This document shows positions 1 through 9,793 of a stretch of DNA of 32,000 nucleotides, piece after piece. Position 1 is the stretch's first letter. Every line of letters begins with the position of its first letter. Below the pieces are notes generated by a model. The model did not search any database, had not been told where the DNA came from, and saw nothing but the letters and a program-made list of their open reading frames with translations. Both the position numbers and the translations under genes were made by a program. The stretch lies in contig NZ_CP046579.1 of NCBI RefSeq assembly GCF_013365475.1, positions 810,001 through 842,000 on the forward strand. The letters are read 5' to 3'. The DNA is from Candidatus Saccharimonadota bacterium. GTDB lineage: Bacteria > Pseudomonadota > Alphaproteobacteria > Rickettsiales > Anaplasmataceae.

Positions 1-978
1 TTTTACTGTTTCATAATAATTATGAGCAGATTTTTTTGCATCCATTTTGGCTTGGCTTATACTAAAAGTATTAACTCCTCTTCTAAAAATCGGAATATCA
101 AGGGTAAAAGTGATATTGGTAGTATCTAAAAACTTGTTAATACTAATATTTTCGTTTAAATTTTTACTTGCGCTAAGATTCACAGATGGTAGCCACTTAG
201 AAGTTTCAGCAATTACTGCTATGCCATCTGCTCTTTTTCTATGAATTGCTGCCTTTAGAGATAGGTTATTGGTTTTTGCTAGCTGCAGGCATTTGTTTAG
301 CTCAGAAGGAATATATGGTAATTTATCAACTTCAAAGAGTTCATTAGGATCTTCACCAATTAAATGAAAGTAAGCAATGTTTGCTAATTTTAACTTGCCT
401 TCAGCGTCAACCCTTTCTAGGGCTGAGGATGAAAATTTTGCTTTTGCAAGTGAAACTTCAGCATTAGTAACTTCTCCAAGAGAAAGGCGCTTTTTCATTT
501 CGGATAGGTCTTCTGAAGAAACACGTTCTTTATGCTCTCTTAATTTTAATATTGCTGTTTTTCTTAGGACATCAACGTATGCTTTTACAGCGTTAAGTGC
601 AACATCTTGTTTTGATTGTTGAAACTTCATCTTCTCTGCTTTGAGAAGATGACTTGATTGGCTAAATGTAGCAAAAGTTCCTCCACCATCTATTATTTTT
701 TGACTTAATGTAAGAAGTTTTTCAGGTAAACTATGCTTATTATTGTGAAGACTAAAATTGCTATTAAAACTATACTGCAAATTAATACTTGGCAAAAAGT
801 TAACTAGTCCTGAAGATTTTAGTTGTTTTTCTATGCTCTTGTAATGGTAAAATTGAGACTTTAGCTTTGAGCTATTTCTGATGGCTTTACTTATGGCTTC
901 TTCAAGACCAATTGCATAGCAAATTGTAGTACTAAGGGTGACTACAAGTGTAACAATCAATTGAAACATACGAAACAT
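1..978 (-). CDS. tolC: TolC-family outer-membrane channel protein. The N-terminal 326 codons are present and the 3' end runs off the left edge of the window.
   Basis: I translated the minus strand by hand from ATG at 978: MFRMFQLIVTLVVTLSTTICYAIGLEEAISKAIRNSSKLKSQFYHYKSIEKQL...LNAVKAYVDVLRKTAILKL...GEVTNAEVSLAKAKF...LSLKAAIHRKRADG...DAKKSAHNYYETVK. It is open for all 326 codons down to position 1. It has a signal-peptide-like N-terminus and coiled-coil-type segments typical of the TolC/OEP family. It is missing from the ORF track because no stop codon lies inside the window. Confidence 0.7.
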   Translation of the reverse strand, partial: MFRMFQLIVTLVVTLSTTICYAIGLEEAISKAIRNSSKLKSQFYHYKSIEKQLKSSGLVNFLPSINLQYSFNSNFSLHNNKHSLPEKLLTLSQKIIDGGGTFATFSQSSHLLKAEKMKFQQSKQDVALNAVKAYVDVLRKTAILKLREHKERVSSEDLSEMKKRLSLGEVTNAEVSLAKAKFSSSALERVDAEGKLKLANIAYFHLIGEDPNELFEVDKLPYIPSELNKCLQLAKTNNLSLKAAIHRKRADGIAVIAETSKWLPSVNLSASKNLNENISINKFLDTTNITFTLDIPIFRRGVNTFSISQAKMDAKKSAHNYYETVK

Positions 979-1123
979 ACTTCCCCTATAATCAGGCTAT
1001 ATAGCTAAGTTATTAGCACAAATTGTTCTGATAATCAATTAATATTGTTGACTCTGTTTAGAGATTTTATGTACCATATACCATACAATATGATTGATAC
1101 TTTATATACATTGTTAAATTAAT

Positions 1124-1582
1124 ATGAAGACTTTTTTTTTGAAAGAAAGGCAAATTAACAAAAGGTGGCTTATCATAGATGCAGATGGGTTAACAGTAGG
1201 AAGACTTGCAGCGTTTGTAGCAACTCTGCTGCGTGGGAAGCATAAGCCTGAGTATACACCTCATATGGATTGTGGTGATAATGTAGTTATCATCAATGCA
1301 AGAAAAGTCCATTTCACTGGAAAGAAATTTAAAGAGAAGATTTACTATAAATATACAGGATACCCTGGTGGGTTAAAAGAAACTACTCCAAATAGTATTC
1401 TGAATAGCAAATTTCCTGAGCGTATAATGGAGGCAGCGGTGAAAAGGATGCTTGATGATGGCCCTATGGCACGTAAGCGCTTTAAAAATTTATATATCTA
1501 TCCTGGTCCAGAACACAAGCACCAAGGACAGAAACCTGAAAAGGTAGATTTTGCTTCTTTAAATCGAAAGAATAAAAAATAG
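1124..1582 (+). CDS. rplM: 50S ribosomal protein L13 (uL13)
   Basis: The N-terminus [47 protein letters not shown] is the canonical uL13 pattern. It is followed directly by rpsI, as in the conserved rplM-rpsI operon. Confidence 0.95.
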   Translation: MKTFFLKERQINKRWLIIDADGLTVGRLAAFVATLLRGKHKPEYTPHMDCGDNVVIINARKVHFTGKKFKEKIYYKYTGYPGGLKETTPNSILNSKFPERIMEAAVKRMLDDGPMARKRFKNLYIYPGPEHKHQGQKPEKVDFASLNRKNKK

Positions 1583-1593
1583 TGGAGTCAAAG

Positions 1594-2040
1594 ATGAGAA
1601 ATTCTGTAACAAGTCAATCAGAAGGAGTAATTAATCCAGTAATCGATTCATTGGGTCGTTCATATGCTACAGGCCGAAGGAAAGAATCTGTAGCGAGGGT
1701 ATGGATAAAGTCAGGGAGTGGAGATTTTATTGTTAATCAGAAAGATAAGCTATTCTCTTATTTTAAGAGAGAATCCATATGCCAAATAGCAAAAATGCCA
1801 CTTATTGTGGCTGCTGTGTTGGATAGGTATGATATATTTGCAACTGTGAAAGGTGGAGGACTATCTAGCCAAGCTGGTGCTTTAGCTCACGGAATAAGCA
1901 GAGCTTTAAGTAAAATAAGCCAAGACTTACGTTCCATATTACGTAGTAAAGGGTTCTTGACACGAGATTCACGTGTTGTTGAGCGTAAAAAATATGGTCA
2001 GCACAAAGCTAGAAAAAAATGTCAATTCTCAAAGAGGTAG
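1594..2040 (+). CDS. rpsI: 30S ribosomal protein S9 (uS9)
   Basis: The C-terminus [29 protein letters not shown] is the uS9 signature. GGAG at 1584-1587 lies 6 nt upstream of ATG 1594, so I prefer that start over the track's GTG at 1582, which overlaps the rplM stop. Confidence 0.93.
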   Translation: MRNSVTSQSEGVINPVIDSLGRSYATGRRKESVARVWIKSGSGDFIVNQKDKLFSYFKRESICQIAKMPLIVAAVLDRYDIFATVKGGGLSSQAGALAHGISRALSKISQDLRSILRSKGFLTRDSRVVERKKYGQHKARKKCQFSKR

Positions 2041-2094
2041 TTATTCCTTAGTTCTTTAGTAATGCTTTTTATAAGTGTTATACAAACGTTAAAA

Positions 2095-2111
2095 AGGCAT
2101 ACGGTATGCCT
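2095..2111. terminator. Candidate bidirectional hairpin terminator between convergent rpsI and pdxJ
   Basis: The hairpin is AGGCATA-cgg-TATGCCT, a perfect 7-bp stem with a 3-nt loop. Read on the minus strand it is followed by TTTTT (complement of 2091-2095 region A-run). On the plus strand the tail is only aatttat. It lies 55 nt after the rpsI stop and about 365 nt after the pdxJ stop. Confidence 0.35.
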
Positions 2112-2475
2112 AATTTATCGTCAAATTTGGCTAATTGTCGGTGTGAACTAAATGTGCTATTTGTATAATTATTAAGGTAGTTTATGAGTAAAGAAAGTAT
2201 AGTAAAGCAAATACACGAAGATTTATCTAATTAGGGTATAAATACAACAATATTGAATTTAGGGAATTCATGATGTGTGGATCAAGAAAATAAAAGATGA
2301 TCTAAAGATAATAGCTCTAAGAGAGGTTAGTTGCATTATCAGCTGCTGTAAGTCAGAAAAAGCAATGCTTCAAGTCCTAAAAATGGTAAGATCATGACTA
2401 TTCCTAAAAGGGCAGGAGTAAAATTTAAGGCAAGTCAAGCTCTTTCATGTCTTTTAAATGAAAAGGAAGAAACAG

Positions 2476-3183
2476 TCAGTTAGATATTAATATTTTCATC
2501 ATCTTTACTGTACTGTATAAGCTATAAAATATAGCTTCGCTGATTAGAAAGTGACCTACATTAAGAGCTAAGATGTGAGGTATTTCTTTTATTCTTTTAG
2601 CATGTGTATATGTTATACCATGCCCTGCATGGCACTCTATTTTTAGCTTATTTATATACTCTGCAGCTTTAGTAATTAATTCTAATTTTTCCTCTGATGA
2701 GTTAGAGCAATAATCTCCTGTATGAATTTCTATTATGTCTGGCTTTCTTCTTAGTTTCTCAAGGCATTTTAGTTGATTTTTGCTTGGATTCATAAACAGA
2801 GAAACTTTTATACCAGTGCTATGCATCTCCTCTATTATGTCAGAAAGTTTGTTGTATATATTAATTATATCTAGACCACCTCTTGTTGTTAATTCTTCTC
2901 TTTTTTCTGGCACGATATTAATGGAGTATGGTTTTACCCTTTTTGCTATTTCAAGCATTTCCTCTGTGGCCGCAATTTCAAGATTAAGCTTAGTTTTAAT
3001 ATTTTTTTTTATGTTAAATACATCTTCATCCCTAATATGCCTTCTGTCTTCTCGTAAATGAACTGTAATAAAATCTGCTCCAGCGTCGATAACTATTTCT
3101 GCTGCTTTCAATAGGTCTGGGTATGGAGTTTCCCGTGCATTCCGAAGAGTTGCAACGTGATCAATATTAACACCTAGTTTCAT
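2476..3183 (-). CDS. pdxJ: Pyridoxine 5'-phosphate synthase
   Basis: [17 protein letters not shown]...[16 protein letters not shown]...EIHTG...ECHAGHG matches the PdxJ TIM-barrel signature segments. Confidence 0.9.
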   Translation of the reverse strand: MKLGVNIDHVATLRNARETPYPDLLKAAEIVIDAGADFITVHLREDRRHIRDEDVFNIKKNIKTKLNLEIAATEEMLEIAKRVKPYSINIVPEKREELTTRGGLDIINIYNKLSDIIEEMHSTGIKVSLFMNPSKNQLKCLEKLRRKPDIIEIHTGDYCSNSSEEKLELITKAAEYINKLKIECHAGHGITYTHAKRIKEIPHILALNVGHFLISEAIFYSLYSTVKMMKILISN

Positions 3184-3581
3184 ATCACCTCAAAAATTAT
3201 TTATAGATTATACATAATTATTCGACCTTTTACATAATAATTATCTTACTAAACTAGTAGTACAGAATTAAGATGTAAACAACCATTTACTGTTGGCTTT
3301 TTTATTTAACAAATTTCAAAGTATTTAGTTGGAAATCAAAGGCTTAGGATAAGATAAAGAGATATTGTAGTTTTTTTCTTAAATAAGAGCATAAGCTGCA
3401 GTGGCTTTTTTATCTATTGTCTTATCAGTTTTTATTTTTGAAATAAGATGTGTTGTCAAACTTACTTTTATACTATGATAAGATATTTCCATAAGTCAAG
3501 ATTCTAATATAAGATAAGAATATTTTTATTGTAGTTAAAATCTCTAATCTGTATATTGATAAGTCTTGTATCTAACAAAAA

Positions 3582-4670
3582 ATGAAAGTCATAGTTGTTA
3601 TGATATTGTTATTGTGTAGTAATTATACAATAGCAAGTGAGCTGGTAAACATAGATAGAAAATTATCCCAGGGATATGTAGCTCCAGTTCTTGTAGAAGA
3701 TAGTATTATTTTTGTAGATAAATATGGCACATTATATTCTTTTGACATCAATAACTTTAAGGTTAAAAATTGGGAATTACGCCTTTCAGACAAAAAAAAA
3801 ATTGGTAACATGAGCATATCAAGTTATGGGAAAAATATTTTTTTTATAGTGAATAACTTTTTATACATAGTAGATATAAAAACTGGTGAGATTCAATGGG
3901 AAAAAGAACTAAGGGCTCCGATAAGGGGAAAGGCAGTAGTGATGTACAATAAATTGATAGTATTAACTATTGATAGTTACCTGTATGTGTTTGATATAAA
4001 AGATGGCAGCCTAATTTGGGCTTATCAAAATGGAATTAATGAAGTTCGTGGTTTACATTATGTATCACCTACAGTCTCTAATGATATGGTAATAGTACCA
4101 TTTTCAAATGGTGAATTAATAGCTTTCGATGGAAGTGGTAAGAAACTGTGGAGTCAAAAGTTAGATACAAGCATTTTAGATACAAAGCTTACAGATGTCA
4201 CTACTACACCAAGAACATTTGGTGATATTTTAATTGCTACGAACAATTCTTATATCTATGGTATTAACATAAAGTTGGGGAATGTTTTATGGTCGAAACC
4301 CATACAAGCAAAAAGTGTATCACATATTGTGCCATATCATAAGGAGCAAAGAGCTAGTGGTAGGATTTTTATAATTACTAAAGATAATAAAATAATTGGT
4401 ATTGATGTACAGAATGGACAAGCAGTCTGGGCATCTAATTTAATAAAGAATACGCAATTTTTTGCTTTAGTTATGTATAATAATACATTGTGGGTCTTGA
4501 GTAATAAAGGGTTAATGTTTGCTTTTCCTGAACATAAAAACATAGGAAAGGCAATCAAAATACCACGTAATGTATTTCATGCTCCTGTGTTTACTCATGA
4601 TAAGATATACATAACAACTGAAGGTAATGGTGCTTTTTCTTTAGAAAACAGGTCTACTTTTTATGGCTGA
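3582..4670 (+). CDS. PQQ-like beta-propeller repeat protein with signal peptide, BamB-like
   Basis: The N-terminal signal peptide is MKVIVVMILLLCSNYTIA. Blade motifs ending in W recur (TGEIQWEKEL, DGSLIWAYQ, GKKLWSQKL, GNVLWSKPI, GQAVWASNL). The gene overlaps lpdA by 8 nt, which suggests an operon. The BamB assignment is inferred from family architecture only. Confidence 0.6.
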   Translation: MKVIVVMILLLCSNYTIASELVNIDRKLSQGYVAPVLVEDSIIFVDKYGTLYSFDINNFKVKNWELRLSDKKKIGNMSISSYGKNIFFIVNNFLYIVDIKTGEIQWEKELRAPIRGKAVVMYNKLIVLTIDSYLYVFDIKDGSLIWAYQNGINEVRGLHYVSPTVSNDMVIVPFSNGELIAFDGSGKKLWSQKLDTSILDTKLTDVTTTPRTFGDILIATNNSYIYGINIKLGNVLWSKPIQAKSVSHIVPYHKEQRASGRIFIITKDNKIIGIDVQNGQAVWASNLIKNTQFFALVMYNNTLWVLSNKGLMFAFPEHKNIGKAIKIPRNVFHAPVFTHDKIYITTEGNGAFSLENRSTFYG

Positions 4671-6057
4671 CTATGATTTGATTGTTATAGGTGGTGGTCC
4701 AAGTGGTTATAATTGTGCTATTGTAGCTGCAAAGCTAGGGCTGAAAGTTGCTTGTATAGATAAAAACAGCGTTTTCGGTGGTACATGTTTGCGAGTCGGA
4801 TGTATACCTTCTAAAGTACTACTTTATTCTTCTTATCAGTATGTTCACACAAAGAATAATCTGTCAAAACTTGGTATAAAAGTCAAAGATGTGAGTTTTG
4901 ACCTAGAAGAAGTGCTAAAATATAAAGATACGAAAGTTAAAGAATTAGGACAAGGAATAGAATATCTCTTCAATCTTTACAAGGTTACTAAAATCAATGG
5001 ACTTGGAAAGATTGCTTCCTTTGATCAGGATAACCTTAAAGTTTCAATTGAAGGTAAGGTACTAAGAACAAGAAATATAGTAATTGCGACTGGTTCTGGT
5101 ATCAATTCCTTGCCGGGAATTAATCTGAATGAGAAAAACATTATTTCATCCACTGGTGCGCTATCTCTAACTGAAGTACCGAGAAGACTTGTTGTAATCG
5201 GAGCTGGAGCAATAGGGCTTGAAATGTCTTCTATATGGAAAAGATTAGGTTCTGAAGTTACTGTAGTAGAGTTTCTTGATAGAGTGGCTGCAGCAATGGA
5301 CGGAGAATTGAGTAGATCTCTATTTTTTAGTTTACAAAAACAAGGGATAAAATTTCTGCTTGGCACTAGGGTTGAAGAAATAGAACAAGGTAGTAATTCT
5401 TTAAAAATAAGACTTTGCTCCATTCAAGGCAACCGAGTAAGTACCATAGAGACGGATAAAATGCTCATTGCAGTAGGTCGTAAACCATATATTGATGGTC
5501 TTGAGATTGATAGCAAGATAAGAAGAGATAAATTTGGCTTTATTAAAGTGAATAATAAGTATGAAACCAATATAAAAAGAATATTTGCTATTGGTGATGT
5601 TATTGGTGGGGCAATGCTTGCTCATAAGGCAGAAGAAGAAGGAGTTGCAGTTGCAGAGATAATAGCAGGACAGTCACCTAATATTGATTATGGAATTATA
5701 CCATCTGTCATTTACACACATCCTGCAGTTTCTTCAATCGGTAAAACTGAAGAGGACCTTAAAGGTGCTGCCTTGAAGTATAAAGTTGGCAAGTGTCAAT
5801 TTGCTGCGAATAGTAGGGCAAAAATTATTGATGACACTGAAGGTTTTGTAAAAGTACTAGTCTGTAGAGAAACTGACACAATACTAGGTGTACACATCAT
5901 AGGTGCATATGCTGATACGCTAGTTAATGAAGCAGCAGTTGCAATGGCATATGGTGCAGCAGCAGAGGATATATATAGAATAGGTCACTCTCATCCCGAT
6001 GTAAATGAAGCTTTCCGCGATGCATGTATTAATGCTTTCTTTAAGAAAGAAATATGA
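4663..6057 (+). CDS. lpdA: Dihydrolipoyl dehydrogenase (E3 component)
   Basis: It has the FAD motif GGGPSGY, the redox-active disulfide GGTCLRVGCIPSK, and the C-terminal HSHPDVNEAF interface motif. Confidence 0.92.
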   Translation: MADYDLIVIGGGPSGYNCAIVAAKLGLKVACIDKNSVFGGTCLRVGCIPSKVLLYSSYQYVHTKNNLSKLGIKVKDVSFDLEEVLKYKDTKVKELGQGIEYLFNLYKVTKINGLGKIASFDQDNLKVSIEGKVLRTRNIVIATGSGINSLPGINLNEKNIISSTGALSLTEVPRRLVVIGAGAIGLEMSSIWKRLGSEVTVVEFLDRVAAAMDGELSRSLFFSLQKQGIKFLLGTRVEEIEQGSNSLKIRLCSIQGNRVSTIETDKMLIAVGRKPYIDGLEIDSKIRRDKFGFIKVNNKYETNIKRIFAIGDVIGGAMLAHKAEEEGVAVAEIIAGQSPNIDYGIIPSVIYTHPAVSSIGKTEEDLKGAALKYKVGKCQFAANSRAKIIDDTEGFVKVLVCRETDTILGVHIIGAYADTLVNEAAVAMAYGAAAEDIYRIGHSHPDVNEAFRDACINAFFKKEI

Positions 6058-6974
6058 ATTTAAGTTCAATTATTGAAAGTTGGTATGAATGGATGAGATA
6101 CAATAGGTCTTATTCATCTAATACTTTAGAGTCATATATAAGAGATTTAAAGGATTTGATAAATTTCCTTAATGCCCATATTGGTGAAGAGGTGAATGTT
6201 AGTTCCTTGAAGAAATTGAGTGTACCTGAACTTAGAAGTTGGCTGAGTTCCCGTTATATAAGAGGTATAAACGCAAGATCAAATATTCGTGCATTATCAG
6301 TAATCAGAAATTTTTTCAGGTATATAAAAAACAATTACGAGATAAGTAATGATGCTGTGTTCTCCTTATCTAAACCCATCCAGAGAAGAACTCTACCAAA
6401 GGTATTATCGATATCTGACATAGAAACTTTGGTAAAAAAAACGAAATTGTCTAACCTAGGTGAACCTTGGGTGATAAAAAGAGAAATTGCAATTATTGTT
6501 CTACTGTATGGTACAGGATTAAGGGTTAGTGAAGCATTGAACCTTAAGGTTGGTGATGTTAGAAATGAAAGTTTAATAGTTACAGGTAAAGGGAATAAAC
6601 AAAGAAAAGTATTTATTCTTTCAGTAGTAAAAAAATACATACAAGAGTATATAAAAGCTTGCCCTTATCTTGATATTAATAATGAAGCACAATATCTATT
6701 TGTAGGAGTAAAAGGAAAAAAATTGAAAAGGACTTATGTTGCTAATCGACTCCAAAAAATAAGGAGAATGTTAAATTTACCAGAGATCGTGTCACCACAT
6801 GCATTTCGCCATAGTTTTGCTACTCATTTGCTTCAAGAAAGTATTGACGTGAGATCAATACAGCAGTTACTTGGGCATTCAAGTCTTGAAACTACTCAAG
6901 TTTACATTCACCTAAATTATCGAGATATTTTTAATATGTATAAAAATGCTCAGAAGAATTTAAAAAAGGGATAA
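6054..6974 (+). CDS. xerC: Tyrosine site-specific recombinase of the XerC/XerD type. XerC is favoured by RHSFATH, but XerC versus XerD is not resolved.
   Basis: Catalytic region motifs are present: GLRVSEAL, HAFRHSFATHLL and LLGHSSLETTQVYIHL. It has an ATGA start/stop overlap with lpdA. There are no flanking repeats or cargo that would suggest a mobile element. Confidence 0.75.
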   Translation: MNLSSIIESWYEWMRYNRSYSSNTLESYIRDLKDLINFLNAHIGEEVNVSSLKKLSVPELRSWLSSRYIRGINARSNIRALSVIRNFFRYIKNNYEISNDAVFSLSKPIQRRTLPKVLSISDIETLVKKTKLSNLGEPWVIKREIAIIVLLYGTGLRVSEALNLKVGDVRNESLIVTGKGNKQRKVFILSVVKKYIQEYIKACPYLDINNEAQYLFVGVKGKKLKRTYVANRLQKIRRMLNLPEIVSPHAFRHSFATHLLQESIDVRSIQQLLGHSSLETTQVYIHLNYRDIFNMYKNAQKNLKKG

Positions 6975-8136
6975 AAACTTTGTGACTTTAGAATATTAAT
7001 AGTACTATTAAGTTTTACATCTTGTTTATTTTTGCATGAAAAATTCGATACAAATATGTTAAGAGAAATGTTTACTCTAGATGATTATTTGTTATAAAAC
7101 ACTCATGCAATTCTATTCTAAACAAATAAAAATGTAAAAGTGTAAAGTAGACCTTGTTATTTACATGAAATGCTTGCTTCCTAGTTTTTTTTAATCTTAG
7201 TTTTGAGCTGTAAGTTCATTATTTTTTTTATCAAGTCAAGTTTAATATTCAGATCACTAGTTTTATATATCTACTTACGTAGGTGTAGTTTCATTTAACT
7301 AAAGTCAAGATCTTATTATATTTAGTGAATATTTCTTTTTATTTTACGTTATTTCTTTCTAGTACCATTAAGTAATGAGATTAGGAGATCTTATATTTTT
7401 CTTGGTGTCAGATTTCTGGCATCAGACTTAATGCTTTATCCATTCCTTGTATTTCGTACAACAAAATCTTATTTATTGAGTTTATAAACTTTGTTTTCAA
7501 ATCTGATTCAATAGAATTTTCTCAAAATACCTATTTAACAACTTTATCATAAGTAGTAAGTTTATTAGATATATTGAACTGATTTTATCATAGACTTAAA
7601 TCTTTTTATTGCAGTGGGTCTTTTAGTTTTTATTTTTATTATAGTTTCTCCAGCAAGCAATATGTAAAACCTTATCTTTGTTATAACCTATTAACTAGTC
7701 TGAACCTAGAAATGTAATGCTATAAAAGCTGTTAGTATCTCTATATTCTATTCTCCATAGTAACTTGCTTATCTAAAGTTAGCATTAGGCGTCTTTCCCT
7801 CTGATGTGAGATTATTGCTACTACTGATGGTGTAGAAGTTAGAAGTAAATATATCAATATCTCGCTTATTTTTAAAATTGTTTATAAAATATTCATGGTC
7901 CTCACCATCAAGAGTCTTAATGGATTCATTGCATATTAATGAGTTTACAATTCTCTAATCAAACATGATGTTATCATCAGCAATATTTACCTTCTTCCTT
8001 ACATATAGCCCTTAAGTTCATAATTTGGAGAGGTGTTTCTATACTAAGTTCTCTAAATATTCACTACTGCTATGCAATAAAAAAAGAAAATAACGAAACC
8101 ACTTTTTTCTTCCAATGAAGAGTTATTTAAATATCT

Positions 8137-9099
8137 TTATTTTTTAACCTCTATATTTGAGAGCTCTAGAAACTTTTCTGCGTCAAGTGCAGCCATACAT
8201 CCTGTGCCCGCTGCAACTACTGCCTGTCGGTATGTCTTATCTTGAACATCACCTGCGGCGAATACTCCTGCTCTGCTAGTCAGAGTTGTACCAGGCTTTG
8301 TAACCACATAACCCTGATGATCAACTTTAATAAAGCCTTTTAAAATGTCTGTGTTTGGCACATATCCAATTGCAATAAATACTCCATCTACCTTCAATTT
8401 TCTGATTTTTTTGGTCTCTGTTGATTTGATTATGATACCAGTGACTCTTTTTGGATTTTTATCTCCAAGAATCTGTTCTACAGTATGATTCCATATTACT
8501 TTTACTTTATCTCTCTTAAGAAGCCTATCTTGCATTATCTTCTCTGCTCTTAATTTATCACGTCTATGTATTAATATAACTTCTTTAGCAAATCGAGTTA
8601 AAAATATTGCCTCTTCAACGGATGTATTTCCCCCACCTACTACAGCCACAATTTTATTTCTAAAAAATGCACCATCACAAGTCGCACAAGCTGAAACTCC
8701 ATAACCTTGAAATTCCTTTTCACTCCTGAGACCAAGCCATTTCGCTTGTGCGCCAACTGCAATTATAATTGCAGATGAATAGTAATTATTGATACTTCCA
8801 ATGGACTTGAATTTATATTCATTAGTGTACTCGGATTGTTCAATACCCTTTATTTCATCATCTACCATTTTCGCGCCAACCTTCTCTGCATGTAACCTCT
8901 TTTGTTCCATAAGCTCTGGGCCTTGTATTGAAATGAAACCAGGGTAGTTTTCAACAGCTGTAGTAATCATAAGCTGACCACCAGGTTGCATTCCTGTTAC
9001 TACAATTGGCTCTAGATTTGCACGCGCTGCATATATAGCAGCAGAATAGCCAGCTACTCCAGAACCGATAATAAGAACTTTTGTCTTGAATAGCACCAT
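8137..9099 (-). CDS. trxB: Thioredoxin reductase (low molecular weight type)
   Basis: It has the FAD motif GSGVAGYSAAIYAAR, the redox centre CATCDG, and the NADPH motif VVGGGNTSVEEA. Confidence 0.92.
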   Translation of the reverse strand: MVLFKTKVLIIGSGVAGYSAAIYAARANLEPIVVTGMQPGGQLMITTAVENYPGFISIQGPELMEQKRLHAEKVGAKMVDDEIKGIEQSEYTNEYKFKSIGSINNYYSSAIIIAVGAQAKWLGLRSEKEFQGYGVSACATCDGAFFRNKIVAVVGGGNTSVEEAIFLTRFAKEVILIHRRDKLRAEKIMQDRLLKRDKVKVIWNHTVEQILGDKNPKRVTGIIIKSTETKKIRKLKVDGVFIAIGYVPNTDILKGFIKVDHQGYVVTKPGTTLTSRAGVFAAGDVQDKTYRQAVVAAGTGCMAALDAEKFLELSNIEVKK

Positions 9100-9699
9100 T
9101 TATAATTCTTCACTATATGAATTCAGGTAATCAGCTACCCCTTCTTTGCTTGCTTGTATTGCTGGCTTACCCTTCTTCCATCCCGCTGGACATACTTCAT
9201 TATGCTCTTTACTGTGTTTAACTGCGTCGATAATCCTAATAAACTCATCGATATTTCGTCCCAAAGGTAAATCATTTATAGATTGATGACGTATAACAAA
9301 CTCATCATCAATAACAAAAGTAGCTCTTAGTGCAATTGAGTCATCGTGTAAAACTCCATAGTCTCTTGATATGGACTTTTTGATATCAGATACTAATGTA
9401 TAGCTAATCTCTCCAATGCCACCATCATTGATGGGAGTCTCACGCCACTTACAATGTGAGAATTTTGAATCTATGCTCACTCCTATGACTTCGACGCCAC
9501 GTTTTGAAAAGTCATCTATTTTATTGCTAAACGATATCAATTCAGTTGGGCATACAAAAGTAAAATTGAGTGGATAGAAAAAGAGGATAGCATACTTACC
9601 TTTCACATGCTTGCTTAAGCAGAAGTCATCGACTATTTCCCCATCAGAGAGAACAGCAGGAGCAATAAAGTCAACTGCGAGTTTTGTTACAAGATTCAT
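9100..9699 (-). CDS. Typical 2-Cys peroxiredoxin (AhpC/Tsa family)
   Basis: It has the peroxidatic Cys motif FTFVCPTE and the resolving Cys in EVCPAGW. The track start at 9708 is a GTG, so I prefer the in-frame ATG at 9699 (MNLVTKLAVDF). Its stop TAA (9100-9102) abuts the trxB ATG (9097-9099). Confidence 0.9.
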   Translation of the reverse strand: MNLVTKLAVDFIAPAVLSDGEIVDDFCLSKHVKGKYAILFFYPLNFTFVCPTELISFSNKIDDFSKRGVEVIGVSIDSKFSHCKWRETPINDGGIGEISYTLVSDIKKSISRDYGVLHDDSIALRATFVIDDEFVIRHQSINDLPLGRNIDEFIRIIDAVKHSKEHNEVCPAGWKKGKPAIQASKEGVADYLNSYSEEL

Positions 9700-9793
9700 A
9701 ATTAACACCTTAAAATAATATTATTCTATAACATGATAAATTTACATACAAGCTTTCTTTTCTCCCAAGAATTCTTCCAGTTGCTATTCTGGC

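Noticed and set aside
47-622. The track ORFs 47-244(+) and 377-622(+). The same applies to other short opposite-strand ORFs such as 2780-3061, 3623-3817, 4337-4558, 5025-5625, 6335-6640, 9891-10189, 12148-12393, 13216-13446, 13891-14100, 16253-16456, 19511-19714, 20734-21190, 22480-22725, 23557-23799, 26801-26992, 27341-27526, 27764-27985 and 28559-28786.
   Set aside because: Each lies antisense to, or in an alternate frame within, a long ORF with clear conserved-family motifs. They have low-complexity, hydrophobic, antisense-type composition and no motif of their own. I treat them as shadow ORFs.
2184-2475. Short ORFs in the rpsI-pdxJ spacer: a 16-aa ORF MSKESIVKQIHEDLSN; IKKIKDDLKIIALREVSCIISCCKSEKAMLQVLKMVRS; and a 29-aa [32 protein letters not shown].
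   Set aside because: They are too short, lie in different frames and have no recognisable motif or ribosome-binding site. They could be debris of a lost gene, but I cannot support that from sequence alone.
3793-3802. An A10 homopolymer inside the BamB-like gene, considered as a possible frameshift site.
   Set aside because: The gene reads through in frame (GAC AAA AAA AAA ATT = DKKKI) with conserved repeats on both sides, so there is no lesion. It is noted only as a comparison for the A10 frameshift at 18892-18901.
6054-6974. A tyrosine recombinase as a marker of an integrated mobile element or island.
   Set aside because: Its motifs and size fit the chromosomal dimer-resolution recombinases XerC/XerD. 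It is translationally coupled (ATGA overlap) to lpdA. It has no flanking direct repeats, tRNA attachment site or cargo genes.
7769-8021. A possible gene remnant on the minus strand downstream of trxB: MNLRAICKEEG, a frameshift, KVNIADDNIMFD, a stop, then RIVNSLICNESIKTLDGEDHEYFINNFKNKRDIDIFTSNFYTISSSNNLTSEGKTPNANFR.
   Set aside because: My rough estimate from base composition (stop frequency about 0.08 per codon) is that one or two stop-free runs of about 58 codons are expected by chance in six frames of a 1.1-kb AT-rich spacer. I also recognise no family in the translation. It is worth a tblastn but not a feature call.
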